Source: Octopus vulgaris
Lineage: Eukaryota
Length of the DNA stretch: 64,000 nt
Assembly (NCBI GenBank): GCA_951406725.2
Contig: OX597826.1
Location: forward strand, 65,720,001-65,784,000
Reading direction: 5' to 3'
The translations under genes were made by a program, and so were the position numbers. A model generated the notes under the pieces. That model saw nothing but the letters and a program-made list of their open reading frames with translations, did not search any database and had not been told where the DNA came from. Position 1 is the stretch's first letter. Each line of letters opens with the position of its first letter. Below, piece after piece: positions 11,767-24,826 of this stretch.

Positions 11767-12999
11767 TACACTGGCATACTCTCACACATGCACACATACA
11801 CACACATTGACATTCACACCCAATAACACCCACACTCACACACACAGCATATACATACACACACACACTCATGGAAGAGAAAGATGAAGTCTGTCAACTG
11901 CTGGAGAAAGGTAAAATTTGATGGCAAAACAGCATCAGGACAAGATTGGCTGACTGCGCCCTCAAATGCGATTACTCCAGCTGGGCCTGTCCCTCTCTTG
12001 AGGTCTTTTGCAGAAATACCAGACACTGTTTTTCCAGCAAAACCAAAGCAAAGTTTTCCAGATTCTGATCCACTGTCTCCAAAGATCTAAAGGATGCCCT
12101 TGATGTTTAAACCCTGGCCAGAATGAACCATTCTGTATTTTTATTGAAGATGTAGGGCAATATTATTTAATATGACCTTCATTTTTAAAATGTTAGAGCA
12201 TAGTGTGAGGGAGATAGATTTGGCTGTTATTTCTAGCAAATTGAACAACCACACAGAGATTACCTCATTGACTCATTTGCTGTTGTGTATAAGTAAACAA
12301 AAGCTAAAGGAAATGGATCTTCAGCTGTTTCTAGGATGATTATTCCAGTTATATGATCAACTGAACTGGTTACACATTCTACTGGTACTTATTTTATCAA
12401 CCCCTAGAGGATGAAAGGCAAAGTCAACATAAGTGGAATTTGAACTCAGAATGTAAAACATTTTGCCCAATGTGCTAATGATTCTGTCAGCTTGTAGTCT
12501 TATGGTTATATTAACATATAACTGGCTGAGTATACCACACCACACATGTACCCACAACATAAGTAGAATCAGTACAACCCAGTGTGACATGGCTAGGCCT
12601 TTTAATTACAGGTCCAGATCTAATTATAGTGTAATTTTGGTTGAGTATTCCATAGATATATGTGGCCTCAATGTAGTTCTGGGACAGAATCAGTGTGACA
12701 CATGAAGGACATAGCCAGAGTTTCAATTGAATGTTTCTCAACTATTAAGAAAAATATACCATTTGCTGAATAAGTGAATGGTATATTTTGTGGAAAATCA
12801 CAACAAAATTAAACTAAATATCAGATGACTAATTCTGTTGACAGGGAGTTGTGGGTCACAGGCTTCTTCATTTCCCCTTATTGGTTACATATTTGGTGTG
12901 AGACTAGGTTGGATCTTTAAATTAGTTGTACTTCATTTGGCAGGGCTCCACACAGTTTCTATTTAACCACTTTTACTCCCAATGCTTTGGCCACCTGAC

Positions 13000-13400
13000 A
13001 GATTAACTGTTAAGTCACTCACGGACATGCTCCATCCTCTGATGCCCAGACATTCTGTGTCCTCTCTCTGCCATTTCTACTGCTACTATATGGCTTCTGC
13101 TCCTTGCAGCTAGCTGACCTGACCTCACCTCCTCTCAAACATTCCCATCCCACTTGCCTCTTCTCTATCTCCAACCCCACTCCCACCTACAGGCCTCACA
13201 TTTATTACTATCTCAGTCTTTCCTCCCCAAAATAGCTTCCCCCAGGAAATCTTTCTGTGATCATATCTTTCTGACAGATGTTAGTTTACTCAGGTTCACA
13301 AGGAACGTCAATGGCGTTAATCATTAACCTCACTCATCTAGATGGTCTGTGAAGGGCATGGGCACTGCCCATTCTTTCAGACATGAGTAGAAGATAAAAC
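13000..13400 (+). mobile_element. Highly decayed LINE 3' end (CR1/Jockey-group-like)
   Basis: Degenerate reading resembling L.HRR.VSSL..FY.YY.G.CS..L; recalled motif only. Confidence 0.35.
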
Positions 13401-14457
13401 AAAAACAAAAAGAGATTAAACCAAAACTAGGCTAAAAGATTCTTGCTCAAGGTGTGATGGAGTTGGATTGAACTCAACACTAAAATGTTAGAATTATGAT
13501 GTGAACTTATTAATCACCTGGTAATGTGTCCCTCCTTCACCCCCACCTGAGATGTAGAGGTAAAACTGTACATGTGGTGGGCAAGTAATGTAATTGGTAG
13601 GTTTGAGTCCAGCTGAGGTAGAAATAATAAACCCTGTGGAGCTGAAGCTGGCAGAATGAATCAGAATAGTTATTTCCTAAATGATATGGAAGGAAAAAAG
13701 GGCACAGAATTCAGGGGTGAGATGTGAAAAACAAAAGTTTTGAGGAAATTTTCCATTGTATGAAACAAAAAAGATTAAAAACAAAATGAAGGAAACCTGC
13801 CCACCTCACTTTTCTTTTTCCATGAGGTATGGAACATTGAAGGGCTGTTGCTCCAAAAATTCTGCCCAGAATGTGCCAGACTAAATGTTTTGTTCTATTC
13901 AGTTATGTCCCTCTGCATCTTGAGTTCAAATCCCACAAAAGTCAGTTTTACCTTTAATCCAACAGGTATCAATAAAATAAATTACATTAGAATAGCTTGC
14001 CAATAACAACACACATCTCTATTCTTTTTGATTTTCCTCATTCTTCTGTTAGAAAAAGGGATTATCACATACATTCTTCTTCTCTTTGTTTTTGTACAAA
14101 TGCATTATAAATGCATCTTTGAACTGCTGGGGAACAAATCCAGTTTCCCAGATCAAAAAGATCAATTTGCACATCTTACAAGTTGTCTGCTTCCATGCTT
14201 ATACACCTCTATGGGAATATTGGACAAAATATTTTAATTTATTCCCATTCATGTGAAACCACTTGTTCAAGTCATTGATGCAATTTTATACCAATTGCTA
14301 CTTTTACTTTTGTTATGTTACGATTATATTATACTTTAGTTTGATTTTAATTATTACTTACTACATATAATTCAATTGTTATTATTATCTCTAATTTTTA
14401 TTGTTAAAGTGAAAGTATCTGACATAAAATAGAGAAATGTTTTTGTTTCACTTTTAA

Positions 14458-14796
14458 CAAGTAATACTGAAATAGTGGAGAAGATATGATATTGCTATGG
14501 GCTCGCCCTAGGCAAGAAGTTGCCTATGAAACTACATGGATTCTAAGTAAGGCAGGTGCAAAATTTGAATGAAATTGGTTGTGTAGTTCTCAAGTTTTAG
14601 GGAATCGTAGTGAAGATATGATATTGCTGTGGGCTCGCCCTAGGCAAAAAGTTAAAAATTTTTTTTGCCGATGACACTCCCCGGACCCTAAGTAAGACAT
14701 GTGTAAAATTTGAATGAAATTGGTTGTGTACTTCTTAAGTTTTAGGGAAACACACAGACAGACAGACATACATTCTCAGTTTTATATACAGAGAGA
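14458..14796 (-). mobile_element. Helitron-like non-autonomous element
   Basis: Minus strand starts A|TC, has tatataaaa and (tctg)n, and ends CTTG|T, with no TSD. Contains a ~130-bp internal tandem duplication. Confidence 0.55.
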
Positions 14797-15406
14797 TAAA
14801 CATACAAACACGCAACACATCCAGGTTTTTATTCCTTTCTTTCATGTAGTAAAAGATAATTTTTTGCATTTCCTGTAGTTTAGTTCCTTTCATAGAGTTT
14901 AAAAACCAAACAAATTATAACATAATTAATCTATTCTTTTATTCAATAACCTATTAAGGTTGCATATGCGTGTCAAAAATTCTCTGTAGCTAATCAGTGC
15001 AGTTATTAAGTGTCATTTTAAATTTAACATTACATTAATATAATTATATCAGTTCATTTCAAAACAATAATAATGAGGAGCATTTAGAGAGATTAAGTCA
15101 GATCGATGGTGAAACTCAGAGGATAATAAAACAGACGATGTATTTCAATAAAGTGTTCGATTCAAAATAATGTCACTTATAAAAGCAAAATTCAAGCGCG
15201 TCATCCGTATGCTAGATGCTTTCTTTTCTTTTTTATTTGAGATCTGTTTCTTCCTTTTCCTTTTCTTTCTTTTTTTTTCGTTTGAGTTCGGCTCTGCCTA
15301 TACACCTGGCTCCATGTTGTGAATAAATTTGTGCTTAAATGAGGCTAAACTCCCTTTGTTCAGTCTTATTGAAAATAAGTATATATATATATATATATAT
15401 ATATAT

Positions 15407-15812
15407 CCTTTACTTGTTTCAGTCATTTGACTGCGGCCATGCTGGAGCACCGCCTTTAGTCGAGCAACACGACCCCGGGACTTGTTCTTTTGTAAGCCCA
15501 GTACTTATTCTATCGGTCTCTTTTGCTGAACCGCTAAGTTACGGGGGACATAAACACACCAGCATCGGTTATCAAGCAATGCTGGGGGACAAACACAGAC
15601 ACACAAACACACACACGCACATATATATATATATATGCATATATATATATACGACGGGCTTCTTTCAGTTTCCGTCTACCAAATCCACTCACAAGGCTTT
15701 GGTCGGCCCGAGGCTATAGTAGAAGACACTTGCCCAAGGTGCCACGCAGTGGGAGTGAACCCGGAACCATGTGGTTGGTAAACAAGCTACTTACCACACA
15801 GCCACTCCTGCG

Positions 15813-15815
<3 letters not shown>
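15407..15815 (-). mobile_element. SINE family A, full length
   Basis: Head-to-tail match to the other copies; embedded in (TA)n. Confidence 0.9.
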
Positions 15816-15863
<48 letters not shown>

Positions 15864-15959
15864 CGGGAAGCTTTATGAAAATAGACAAAAGACGAAGGCA
15901 GGTGGGAAACAAACAAACAATTGTATTAGTATGGCGCTCAGGAAATATAAATAAAACAA

Positions 15960-15998
15960 GTCTTTAACGTTTCGAGCCTACGCTCTTCAACAGAAAGA
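15960..15998 (-). ncRNA. Minimal hammerhead-like motif with variant core (CUGUUGA)
   Basis: Minus strand: tcttt-CTGTTGA-a-gagc-gtag-gctc-GAAA-cg-TT-aaaga. Lies in a ~210-bp element (15862-16075) next to (TA)n. Confidence 0.65.
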
Positions 15999-16161
15999 TA
16001 CACAGAGAGAAAAAACACACAGAAAGAAGGAGAGAAAAAAAATGCGTGCAGTAACTAACGAATCAACATGGCGATATGTGGTTGGTAAACAAGCTACATA
16101 TATATATATTTATGTGTTTACTCCGGTATATATATATATATATATATATATATACTTACGG

Positions 16162-16199
16162 CAGTCTAATGATCGGTTGTGTGAAACTTTGAGTAATAG
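16162..16199 (+). ncRNA. Degenerate minimal hammerhead motif
   Basis: cagt-CTAATGA-10nt-GAAA-ctttgag-TA-atag; same layout as 1102-1149 but mutated. Confidence 0.4.
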
Positions 16200-16325
16200 T
16201 TTGTAGTCTTTTCAGCCTCTATAAAACGCGCGCGCGCACACACACACACACTCTCTCTCTCTCTCTCCCTTTCTCATATGTATGTATATATGTATGTATA
16301 TATGTATATATATATATGTATTAAC

Positions 16326-16366
<41 letters not shown>

Positions 16367-16743
16367 TGTGTGTGTGTATGTTTATCGCAAAATTTCCGGC
16401 GAAAGTTAGAAGTGACTAACAGCCTTATTTATTGTAAAATTTTTATACGTAACTTTAACTCATTGAGTGCTCTTTAAGTTAATGTTTTTTTTTTCTGTAT
16501 GATTATACATAAACCATACACATACTTATGATACAAATATACTTACGCAAGCATACATGTATATAAACGTGCGCGCATAAGTCCATGTATGTATGCGTGT
16601 ATGAATGTATGTTTGTATATATGTATATGTATGCTTATGTAGGTATATTTTGTATTTTTATAAGTATGTGTATGGTTTTATGTATAATCATATGGAAAAA
16701 CATTAACTTAAAGAGATCTCATATATATCTCATATATATATAT

Positions 16744-17140
16744 AGGAGTGGCTGTGTGGTAAGTAGCTTGCTAACCAACCACATGGTTTCGGGTTCAGTC
16801 CCACTGCGTGGCATCTTGGGCAAGTGTCTTCTGCTATAGCCCCGGGCCGACCAATGCCTTGTGAGTGGATTTGGTAGACGGAAACTGAAAGAAGCCTGTC
16901 GTATATATGTATATATATATATGTGTGTGTGTGTGTTTGTGTGTCTGTGTTTGTCCCCCTAGCATTGCTTGACAACCGATGCTGGTGTGTTTACGTCCCC
17001 GTAACTTAGCGGTTCGGCAAAAAAGAGACCGATAGAATAAGTACTGGGCTTACAAAGAATAAGTCCCGGGGTCGATTTGCTCGACTAAAGGCGGTGCTCC
17101 AGCATGGCCGTAGTCAAATGACTGAAACAAGTAAAAGAGA
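16744..17140 (+). mobile_element. SINE family A, full length
   Basis: aggagtggctgtgtggtaagtagcttgc...gactgaaacaagtaaaaga. Confidence 0.9.
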
Positions 17141-17524
17141 AAGAGAAAGATATATATATAACACATTTGTGTCTGTAATCAATTCTTCCCTTATCTACTT
17201 TGCTAAATCATTTACGCGATAATCTTACGAAGTGGTAATTTTCAGGTAAAAAAAAATGTGAAAATGAGTCTGTCTAACACAAACTATGTTAATAGAGGAG
17301 AAACTGTAAAATTATACGAGTGTTTAGTACGTAACTCGACACTGTTGTTATTATCTAAATTCCAGTGATGATGCACCGTTCCTTTGTTAAGAAACATCTG
17401 TTTCATTATAGAAAGAATTCGATTCATTAAAAAAAGATGAAAGACACAACGCATACAAATAAACACATAGAAATATATGTTGACACAAATAATCTTCTAT
17501 ACATAAATACATACATACAGCCAT

Positions 17525-18125
17525 GCTTGAGTGGCTGTGCGGTAAGAATCTTGCTTACTAACCACATGATTCCGGGTTCAGTCCCACTGCGTAGCACCTT
17601 GGGTCGACCAAAACCTTGTGAGAGGATCTGGTACGCGGAAACTGAAGGAAAAGCTGGCGAGCTGGCAGAAATGTTAACATGCCGGGCGAAATGCGTAGCC
17701 GTATTTCGTCTGCCGTTACGTTCTAAGTTCAAATTCCGCCGAGGTCGACTTCGCCTTTTATCCTTTCGGGGTCGATTAAATAAGTATCAATTACGCACTG
17801 AGCTCGATGTAATCGACTTAATCCCCTTGTCTATCCTTGTTCGTCCCCTCTGTGTTTAGCCCCTTGTGGGCAATAAAGAAATAAGAAACTGAAAGAAGTC
17901 CATCGTATATATAAATGTAAATGTTTGTGTGTGTGTGTGTTCCCCCCACCCACCATCGCTTGACCCCCGTATGTCCCTGTAAATTAGCGGTTCGGCAAAA
18001 GAGACCAATAGAATAAGTACTAGTCTTACAAAGGATGTCCTGGGGTCGATTTATTCGACTAATACCATTTAAGGCGGTGCTCCAGCATGGCCGCAGTCAA
18101 ATGACTGAAACAACTAAAAGAATAA
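17525..18125 (+). mobile_element. SINE family A interrupted by a family B SINE (about 17653-17885)
   Basis: The family A sequence resumes after a duplicated gaaactgaa(g/a)gaa motif. Confidence 0.8.
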
Positions 18126-18170
18126 AAAATACATATATACATTCGTATATACAAACATGTATTGAGTGAA

Positions 18171-18395
18171 GGCGCGTGGCTTAATGGTTAGCGTATCGGC
18201 TCACGGTCAATAAGATCGTGAGTTCAATTCCCGGCGGTGTGTTGTGTACTTTATTTCAAAGGCCAGACATGTCTCACCGTGAACTACGTTAAGGGTGTGG
18301 AGTGCTCAGCCACATACATATTAATTTCACGTGCAGGCTTTTCCATTGAACGGATTAACAGGAACACACATCGTTGTAACTGACGAAGTACCATT
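18171..18395 (+). mobile_element. tRNA-derived SINE family C, deleted copy
   Basis: A box tggcttaatgg, B box gagttcaattcc; body shares gaactacgttaag with 50214-50650. Confidence 0.6.
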
Positions 18396-18615
18396 TTTTT
18401 TTATATACACATATAAACATTCATATATACCTATCTACACACACACGCACACATACACAAGGTTGATAGAACAAGCAGGTTAAATAGTACATATATTTTT
18501 GATATTTTTAAACAGTAGAAGTTAAAAAGTAACATAAGGACCAAGAGTTTTATGCTCCTGTTGTTATTATTTATCGGCATTCTCTGTCAATAAATAATAA
18601 TAATAATAATAATAA

Positions 18616-18779
18616 TCCTTTCTACTAAAGGCACAAGGCCTGAAATTTGGTGGGAGGGGAATAATTGATTACATCGATCCAATGTTTCATTGGTACTTAA
18701 TTTATCGACCCCGAAAGGATAAAAGCAAAATCGACCTCGGCGAAATTTGAACCCAGAACGTAAAGACGGGCGAAATACC

Positions 18780-18780
<1 letters not shown>
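18616..18780 (-). mobile_element. SINE family B in (AAT)n
   Basis: Family B core; flanked by (AAT)n on both sides. Confidence 0.8.
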
Positions 18781-18834
<54 letters not shown>

Positions 18835-18844
18835 TAATAATAAT

Positions 18845-18902
<58 letters not shown>

Positions 18903-18912
18903 TAATAATAAT

Positions 18913-18969
<57 letters not shown>

Positions 18970-19307
18970 GTGGGGGAGCATCATAGCCATGTGTTGAGAG
19001 GGATTCTTTGGGGTTTGAATGATTCACCTCTGGAAACATGGGTGTTTCATTCAACATCCTTAAACAACCCTTAATTAGGGACCTTTTGAGTGGGATGGGT
19101 TACCCAACCAGAAGAAAATTCTAACTGGGCTCCACCCGCAAGGTCATGCGCTGTTTATCTTGTTATGAGATCACCATGTCGTGCACATATGGTTGTGATG
19201 CATGTGCCTGGTGTACCCTTATCAGACGGGTAGTCATGATGGGTATACTGGGCTTCGTATATTTGTACCCCAGTGTCACTTTGATGGCATGCACTGCTCT
19301 CTCACTC

Positions 19308-19308
<1 letters not shown>
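18970..19308 (+). mobile_element. Probable R4/Dong 3' end or UTR fragment in (AAT)n
   Basis: Non-microsatellite block bounded by (AAT)n and ending ...ctcactc-aataat; adjacent to other Dong fragments. Confidence 0.45.
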
Positions 19309-19400
<92 letters not shown>

Positions 19401-19727
19401 CCTTTCTGCTAAAAGCACAAGGCCTGAAATTTGGAGTGAGGAGACTAATCCATTACATCAACCCCGGTGTTTCACTGGTGCTTAATTTATCGACCCCAAA
19501 AGGATGAAAGGGAAAGTCGACCTCGGCAGGATTTGAACTCAGAAAGTAAAGACGGATGAAATGTTGCTAAGCATCTTGTCCAGCGAATCCTTTCTACTAA
19601 AGGCACAAGGCCTGAAATTTCGAGGGAGGGGACTAATCGATTACATTGGTACTTAAATTATCGACGCCAAAAGGATGAGAGTTAAAGTTGACCTCAGCAG
19701 AATTTGAATAATAATAATAATAATAAT

Positions 19728-19880
19728 TGACGTGGCAGTGCCAGGATACCAACATATCATCATGAAAGAAAGAGTAGAGGTTGATAAATATGGAGACCTG
19801 AGAGTTGAGATCGCTAAGATGTGGCAGCTATGAGAGTCAAACATAAAGGTATCCCTATTGTCATTGAAGCATTGGGTTCA
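19728..19880 (+). pseudogene. R4/Dong restriction-like endonuclease fragment, second subfamily
   Basis: IDVAVPGYQHIIMKERVEVDKYGDLRVEIAKMW...IPIVIEALGS. Confidence 0.75.
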
Positions 19881-20563
19881 ATAAATAGAATAGACAACAC
19901 AGCAGAAAGTTATAAGTGCAGAATTTGTGGACAAAACAGTGAAACTGTATGGCATATTACCAGCCAATGTACGCCACTAGACCAGAAGGAAAATAAGAGA
20001 CGCCACGACAATATAGCCAGGCTTGTCCATTGGACACTTTGCAACAAGTATGGATTTGGCAGAGCAAAAAATTGGTACGGCCACAAACCTGAAGGCATCG
20101 TCGAAAATAGAAATGCAAAGATCCTATGGGATTTTATGATTCAGTGCGACTATGAGATTGCGAATAGGAAGCCGGGCATAGTCTTAATTGAGAAAGAAAA
20201 CAAACTCTGCTGGATCGTAGACATAGCATGCCCAACTGACAACAAGGTATGCGATAAGGAAGAAAGAAAAGTCGAGAGATATGACAGGTTAGCTTGGGAA
20301 GTTAAGCAGTTGTGGTCAATGAAAAAGGTAGCAGTTGTACCAATAATTGTCGGAGCCCTGGGAACAATGAGCAAAAATATTGAGAAGTACGTGGAACAAA
20401 TAGGGGCTGCAATAAGGGTAGAGCACTTGCAGAAAAAAAAACTGCTTCGAACCGCTCGAATATTCCGGAATGTGCTCGAAAAATAAGAGCTGTTACCTTA
20501 GTTCACTGGTAGTAAACAGCTGATACTGTAGTACATCTCCAGCGTTAGAAGCTGTGCAAAGGC
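19881..20563 (+). mobile_element. 5'-truncated R4/Dong non-LTR retrotransposon (CCHC knuckle + REL endonuclease; ORF ends 20486)
   Basis: CRICGQNSETVWHITSQC, RRHD, KILWDF, KP(G)IVL..VDIACP, PIIVGALG; (AAT)n tail. Confidence 0.9.
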
Positions 20564-20637
<74 letters not shown>

Positions 20638-20638
<1 letters not shown>

Positions 20639-21050
20639 TTCAAATTTTGGCACAAGGCCAGTAATTTTGGTGGAGGGGATAAGTCGATAACATCGACCCC
20701 AGTATTCAACTGGTACTTATTTTATTGACCCCAAAAGGGTGAAAGGCGAAGTCAACCTCGGCAGAATTTGAACTCAGAATGTAAAGACGAACTAAGTGCC
20801 GCTAAGCACTTTGCCCGGCGTGCTAAACGATTCTGCCTGTTCAATCCTTTTTATTATAGGCACACGTTTTAAGGCACATTGAAAGTTTTAAGGGGTGGGC
20901 TAACTGATTACATCATCCTTAATGCTCAACCAGCACTAATCTTATCTTACCTAAAAGATGAAAGGCTAAGTCGACCCCGGCGGCATTTAAACTGAGAACG
21001 AAGGACGAACGAAGTGCTGCTAAATAACGATTGTTGCTTGTTCGCCGCCT
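20638..21050 (-). mobile_element. Two tandem SINE family B copies
   Basis: Family B core appears twice; directly follows (AAT)n. Confidence 0.75.
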
Positions 21051-22385
21051 TAATTTGGTAGAATATTGCATGTATAAACTGTTTTTAAGGATAGAAAGAA
21101 ACAGAAGGGGAAAACTTAGAAAGAGAAAAATGAGAAGAGGAAGTCTATGAAATGGTGAATAAGACTTTTAAAAGTCTAAAAATTGATACGGACTGAAAAA
21201 TCGTGAATGATAAAAGACCCAGCTTGCGAGGATGGCGTATCCGGCATGTTTACAGTAGAGCTATAAACTGTTATTTTAGATGGTTAATCATGTTCTTTGA
21301 ATACATTTACTTTGCTTTACACACACACACATACACACGAAAGATACTTGAAACGTATAGATATGACGTATCCTTAAACTGTTACGAAAACCTTTACGTA
21401 GAGTGGTGATGAAATGTTTATAGTTTTCAACTAAGCAAATTCTCATAAACTATTGTCTGGTTTCTTAAATTACTAAAGTTTACGAAAAATTTATATCTTG
21501 CGGAACTTTTTTGTACCATCAGTAAGAATTCAAAAGGAAAGAAAATTGCCAAGTGTCGTTAAATTTGAATTTTGAAATGCTAAACATAAAAACATAAAAA
21601 GTCACATTAGGAGGTTTATGTGGCGTGGCTGTGTGGGAAGAGGTTTGCTTCCCAACCACATAGATCCAACTTCAGTCCTACTGCACCTTGGGAAGTGTTT
21701 TGTACAATACTCGGGCCAACCAAAGCCTTGTGACAGGATTTGGTAGATGGAAACTGAAAGAATCCTGTCGTATAATAATTATCTATCAATCGGATTGAAC
21801 TTCTAATGTTTGCCTTTTATATCTATCTATCCTTGTTTAATTGTAGGCATACCTATTGGGGTTAATTTCTGTAGGCATCCGTATATTTATTGAGGCAGAA
21901 ATGTGGATGTATGAATATATGCGTTTGGATTAGTGTGCTTGTATGAATATGTATGCATTGTATACTGTATGTATAGCTGGTTTTGTTTATGTGATGCATA
22001 AATAATGTAAGGCTGCGTTGTCCATCGAATGATTTTGGGTTTAAACTTGCATATATGTGCATGTATGTATAAATGCAAGTCGTGGGTGGAAAATAATTCT
22101 GTGGACATACTTGTTTGTTTACGTATTGCATAATGATATGTAAGCTTGCGTTACCAATCGTTTAATTTTTTGGTTTTAGTATACTTTGATGTGTATGTAT
22201 GTATAAATGCAATTCGTATATGTAAAATAAGATAATAGATATAATTATTATTTTTTGTTCAATGTTGTTCTTTATGTTTTTTTGCACATGGGATTAATGT
22301 GTACGATTTGCCTATGTGTGTATATGTATGTATATTTGTATATCTTATATGTATATATGTGTTTATGTATATATAAATATATATG

Positions 22386-22450
<65 letters not shown>

Positions 22451-22554
22451 ATTTTGAATATCTGTCTTATTTATTTTCTTGTTTTTATTGGATCGTATGT
22501 GAAGCATGTTTTTTATATATCGATATTATTATTATACTTCTCTAGTTATGTATA

Positions 22555-22673
22555 TCCTCTGACGAGATTATATACAAATATAATCTTTAATGCCTAGGAC
22601 TATATTACAATGACATCTATAGGCAATTTAAGTTGGATTGACTCTTGACCATAGGCTGAAACAGCTGTAAGGA
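22555..22673 (+). ncRNA. Hammerhead ribozyme candidate with 92-nt expanded stem II region
   Basis: tcct-CTGACGA-[92 nt]-GAAA-cagctg-TA-agga: stem I tcct/agga, palindromic stem III. Confidence 0.6.
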
Positions 22674-23581
22674 GCAGTTTATTTGTATTATTTTTATTTT
22701 TATTTTTATTATTATTTTACATATTGATGTATATTGTTTTGTTCGATTTTCATGTTCCCATTTGTATAATTGATAAATAATGTGAAATTGTAAGTTGATG
22801 ATCGAAATGAATTTGTTTCTCCATTTTCTTATTTGTATTATGAATTTACGGTAAAATATTTTTTACCTTCACCCATTCAATACAATAAATGAATTAATTG
22901 CATTGCAATTATAAGCATTTATGTATTTAGTATTTGGGTACTTTACCACCAGTATATTGGATAACTGATATCCCATAGTGGGTTACTTTCATAACCCCTA
23001 TCTTACTTTGTACTATATATATATATATATCTGTGTTTGTCCCCTACCACTGCTTGACAACTGGTGTGTTGGTTTGTTTACGTTCCTGTATCTTAACGGC
23101 TTTCCATAAGAGGCTGATAGAATGAATACTGGTCTTAAAAGAAAAAATGTATTGGGGGTCAATACAGTCAGTTACAAACTTCATCAAGGCGGTGCCCCAG
23201 CATGGCCACAGTCTAGTGACTGAAACAAGTAAAAAATAAATATCATCTTTGTTTTAGAAATCGACTAAATAGAAATTTAAGAATGCTTTTCATTTTCTCC
23301 CTGGGATTTGTTTTAGGTAGATCTTGTTTGAATTACTATAAAAATGCGAAATGTATTTTAAAAAATCCATATATCTAATTGTACTAAAATTCAATCAAAC
23401 ATAAGAATTCACTCTTATAAGTCAGTGTTGGATCAAGCATTCAGCAATATAAGCACGTGCTTCGATCACTAGAGAAAGGTGGAGGTGGGGGGGGCAGAAA
23501 TGGTAAATGGTTTACAGTACAAAAGAGATCACTTTGAACTTTCTAAAATAATATTCCAAGTAGTTTATATGATTGGAAATA

Positions 23582-24826
23582 TTGGGTCATCCCATAAATA
23601 ATGCGGTCTTTTATACTTTTTTAATCCCAAAAATACTCTCCTTCATTTTTTACAATGCTCTTCCATCTATCTGGTAGACTTGCAAGGCACCTCTTCCAAA
23701 ATTCACTTGTCCGTGATGAAAAATACTCCACTACTGTTCTGACCTGGTTTACAGAATTCATATTTTTTCCGCCCAAATGTCTTTGAAGACTGCGGAATAA
23801 ATAATAATCAGATGGGGCAATGTTCGGCGAATATGGTGGGCGAAGCATCGTTTACCATTCAAACTGCTCCGGCCTTTGAAATGTCATCTTCGTTGTATGA
23901 GGCTGAGCATTATCCAGATGAAAAAATACCTTTCGTCTTGAAACCAAAGTTGCTCGTTTTTCTTCTGGTGCTGATTTAAGCCACTGAAGCTGCTCGCAGT
24001 AGATCACCTTTGTTATCGTTTGGTTTAGGTTTAAAAGTTCGAAGTGGACTAAACCTTTCATATCCCATCAAACAGATAACACCTTACTTGAGTGAAGACC
24101 TTTTAGCCTGGGGTATTGGTGTTTCTCCTTCACTACCCACTGTCTTCAGCGCTTGACATTTTTATAAGGAACCCATTTCTCGTCACCAGTCACTATTCGG
24201 TCCAAAAAAGGTTCATTCGTGAGACGTGCCAGCAAAGAAGAGCACACATTCGCGCTCTGCGCGCAATTAGACTCGGAAAGTTTGTGAGGAACCCATTGAC
24301 CCAATTCACTGACTTTTCCAATGGCACGCAGGTGTCGATGTATGGTTGAATGACCAAATCCAAGCTTCTCTGCTAGTTCCTCAACAGTTACGACGGGATG
24401 TTTTTGTTCCACCAGGGTTTGTAGGACGTCCTCGTCGAGTTCTACAGATCTTCCAGGACGAGGATCGTCTTCTAGGCTGTAGTTTCCGACTTGGAATTTC
24501 TGGAACCAGCGTTGGCACTGGCTTACGCTTATTGTCCGATCCCCATATACTGCATCAGTATTCCTCGCACTTTCCGTTGCGTTGTTGCCTTTATTGAACT
24601 CATAAGGTAAAATATGCCGAATATGCTCCTTTGCCACTTCTATTATAGCTTGAAAAAAATGGCTGTTAAAATCGAACTGCACTCTTCAAAACTTGCACTA
24701 AGACTAAGTATAAGGTAAAATTAGTACCTGCTTTTATAGCAAGTTGATGCAGGTAGTTTATCCCACCCCCTCCGACTTTTAGTTCAATGAATTGAAAAAA
24801 ACTGCATTATTTATGGGATAACCCAA
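23582..24826 (-). mobile_element. Full-length decayed mariner (DD34D); transposase about 24643-23621
   Basis: TIR ttgggtcatcccataaataatgc, TA TSD; motifs WVPHKL, TGDEKW, DNA.PH, YSPNIAPSDY; several stops and frameshifts. Confidence 0.95.

Noticed and set aside
19821-20486. 221-aa ORF as an intact gene
   Set aside because: It is a chimera of two Dong fragments, lacks the RT, and has G in place of the catalytic D of the PD motif.
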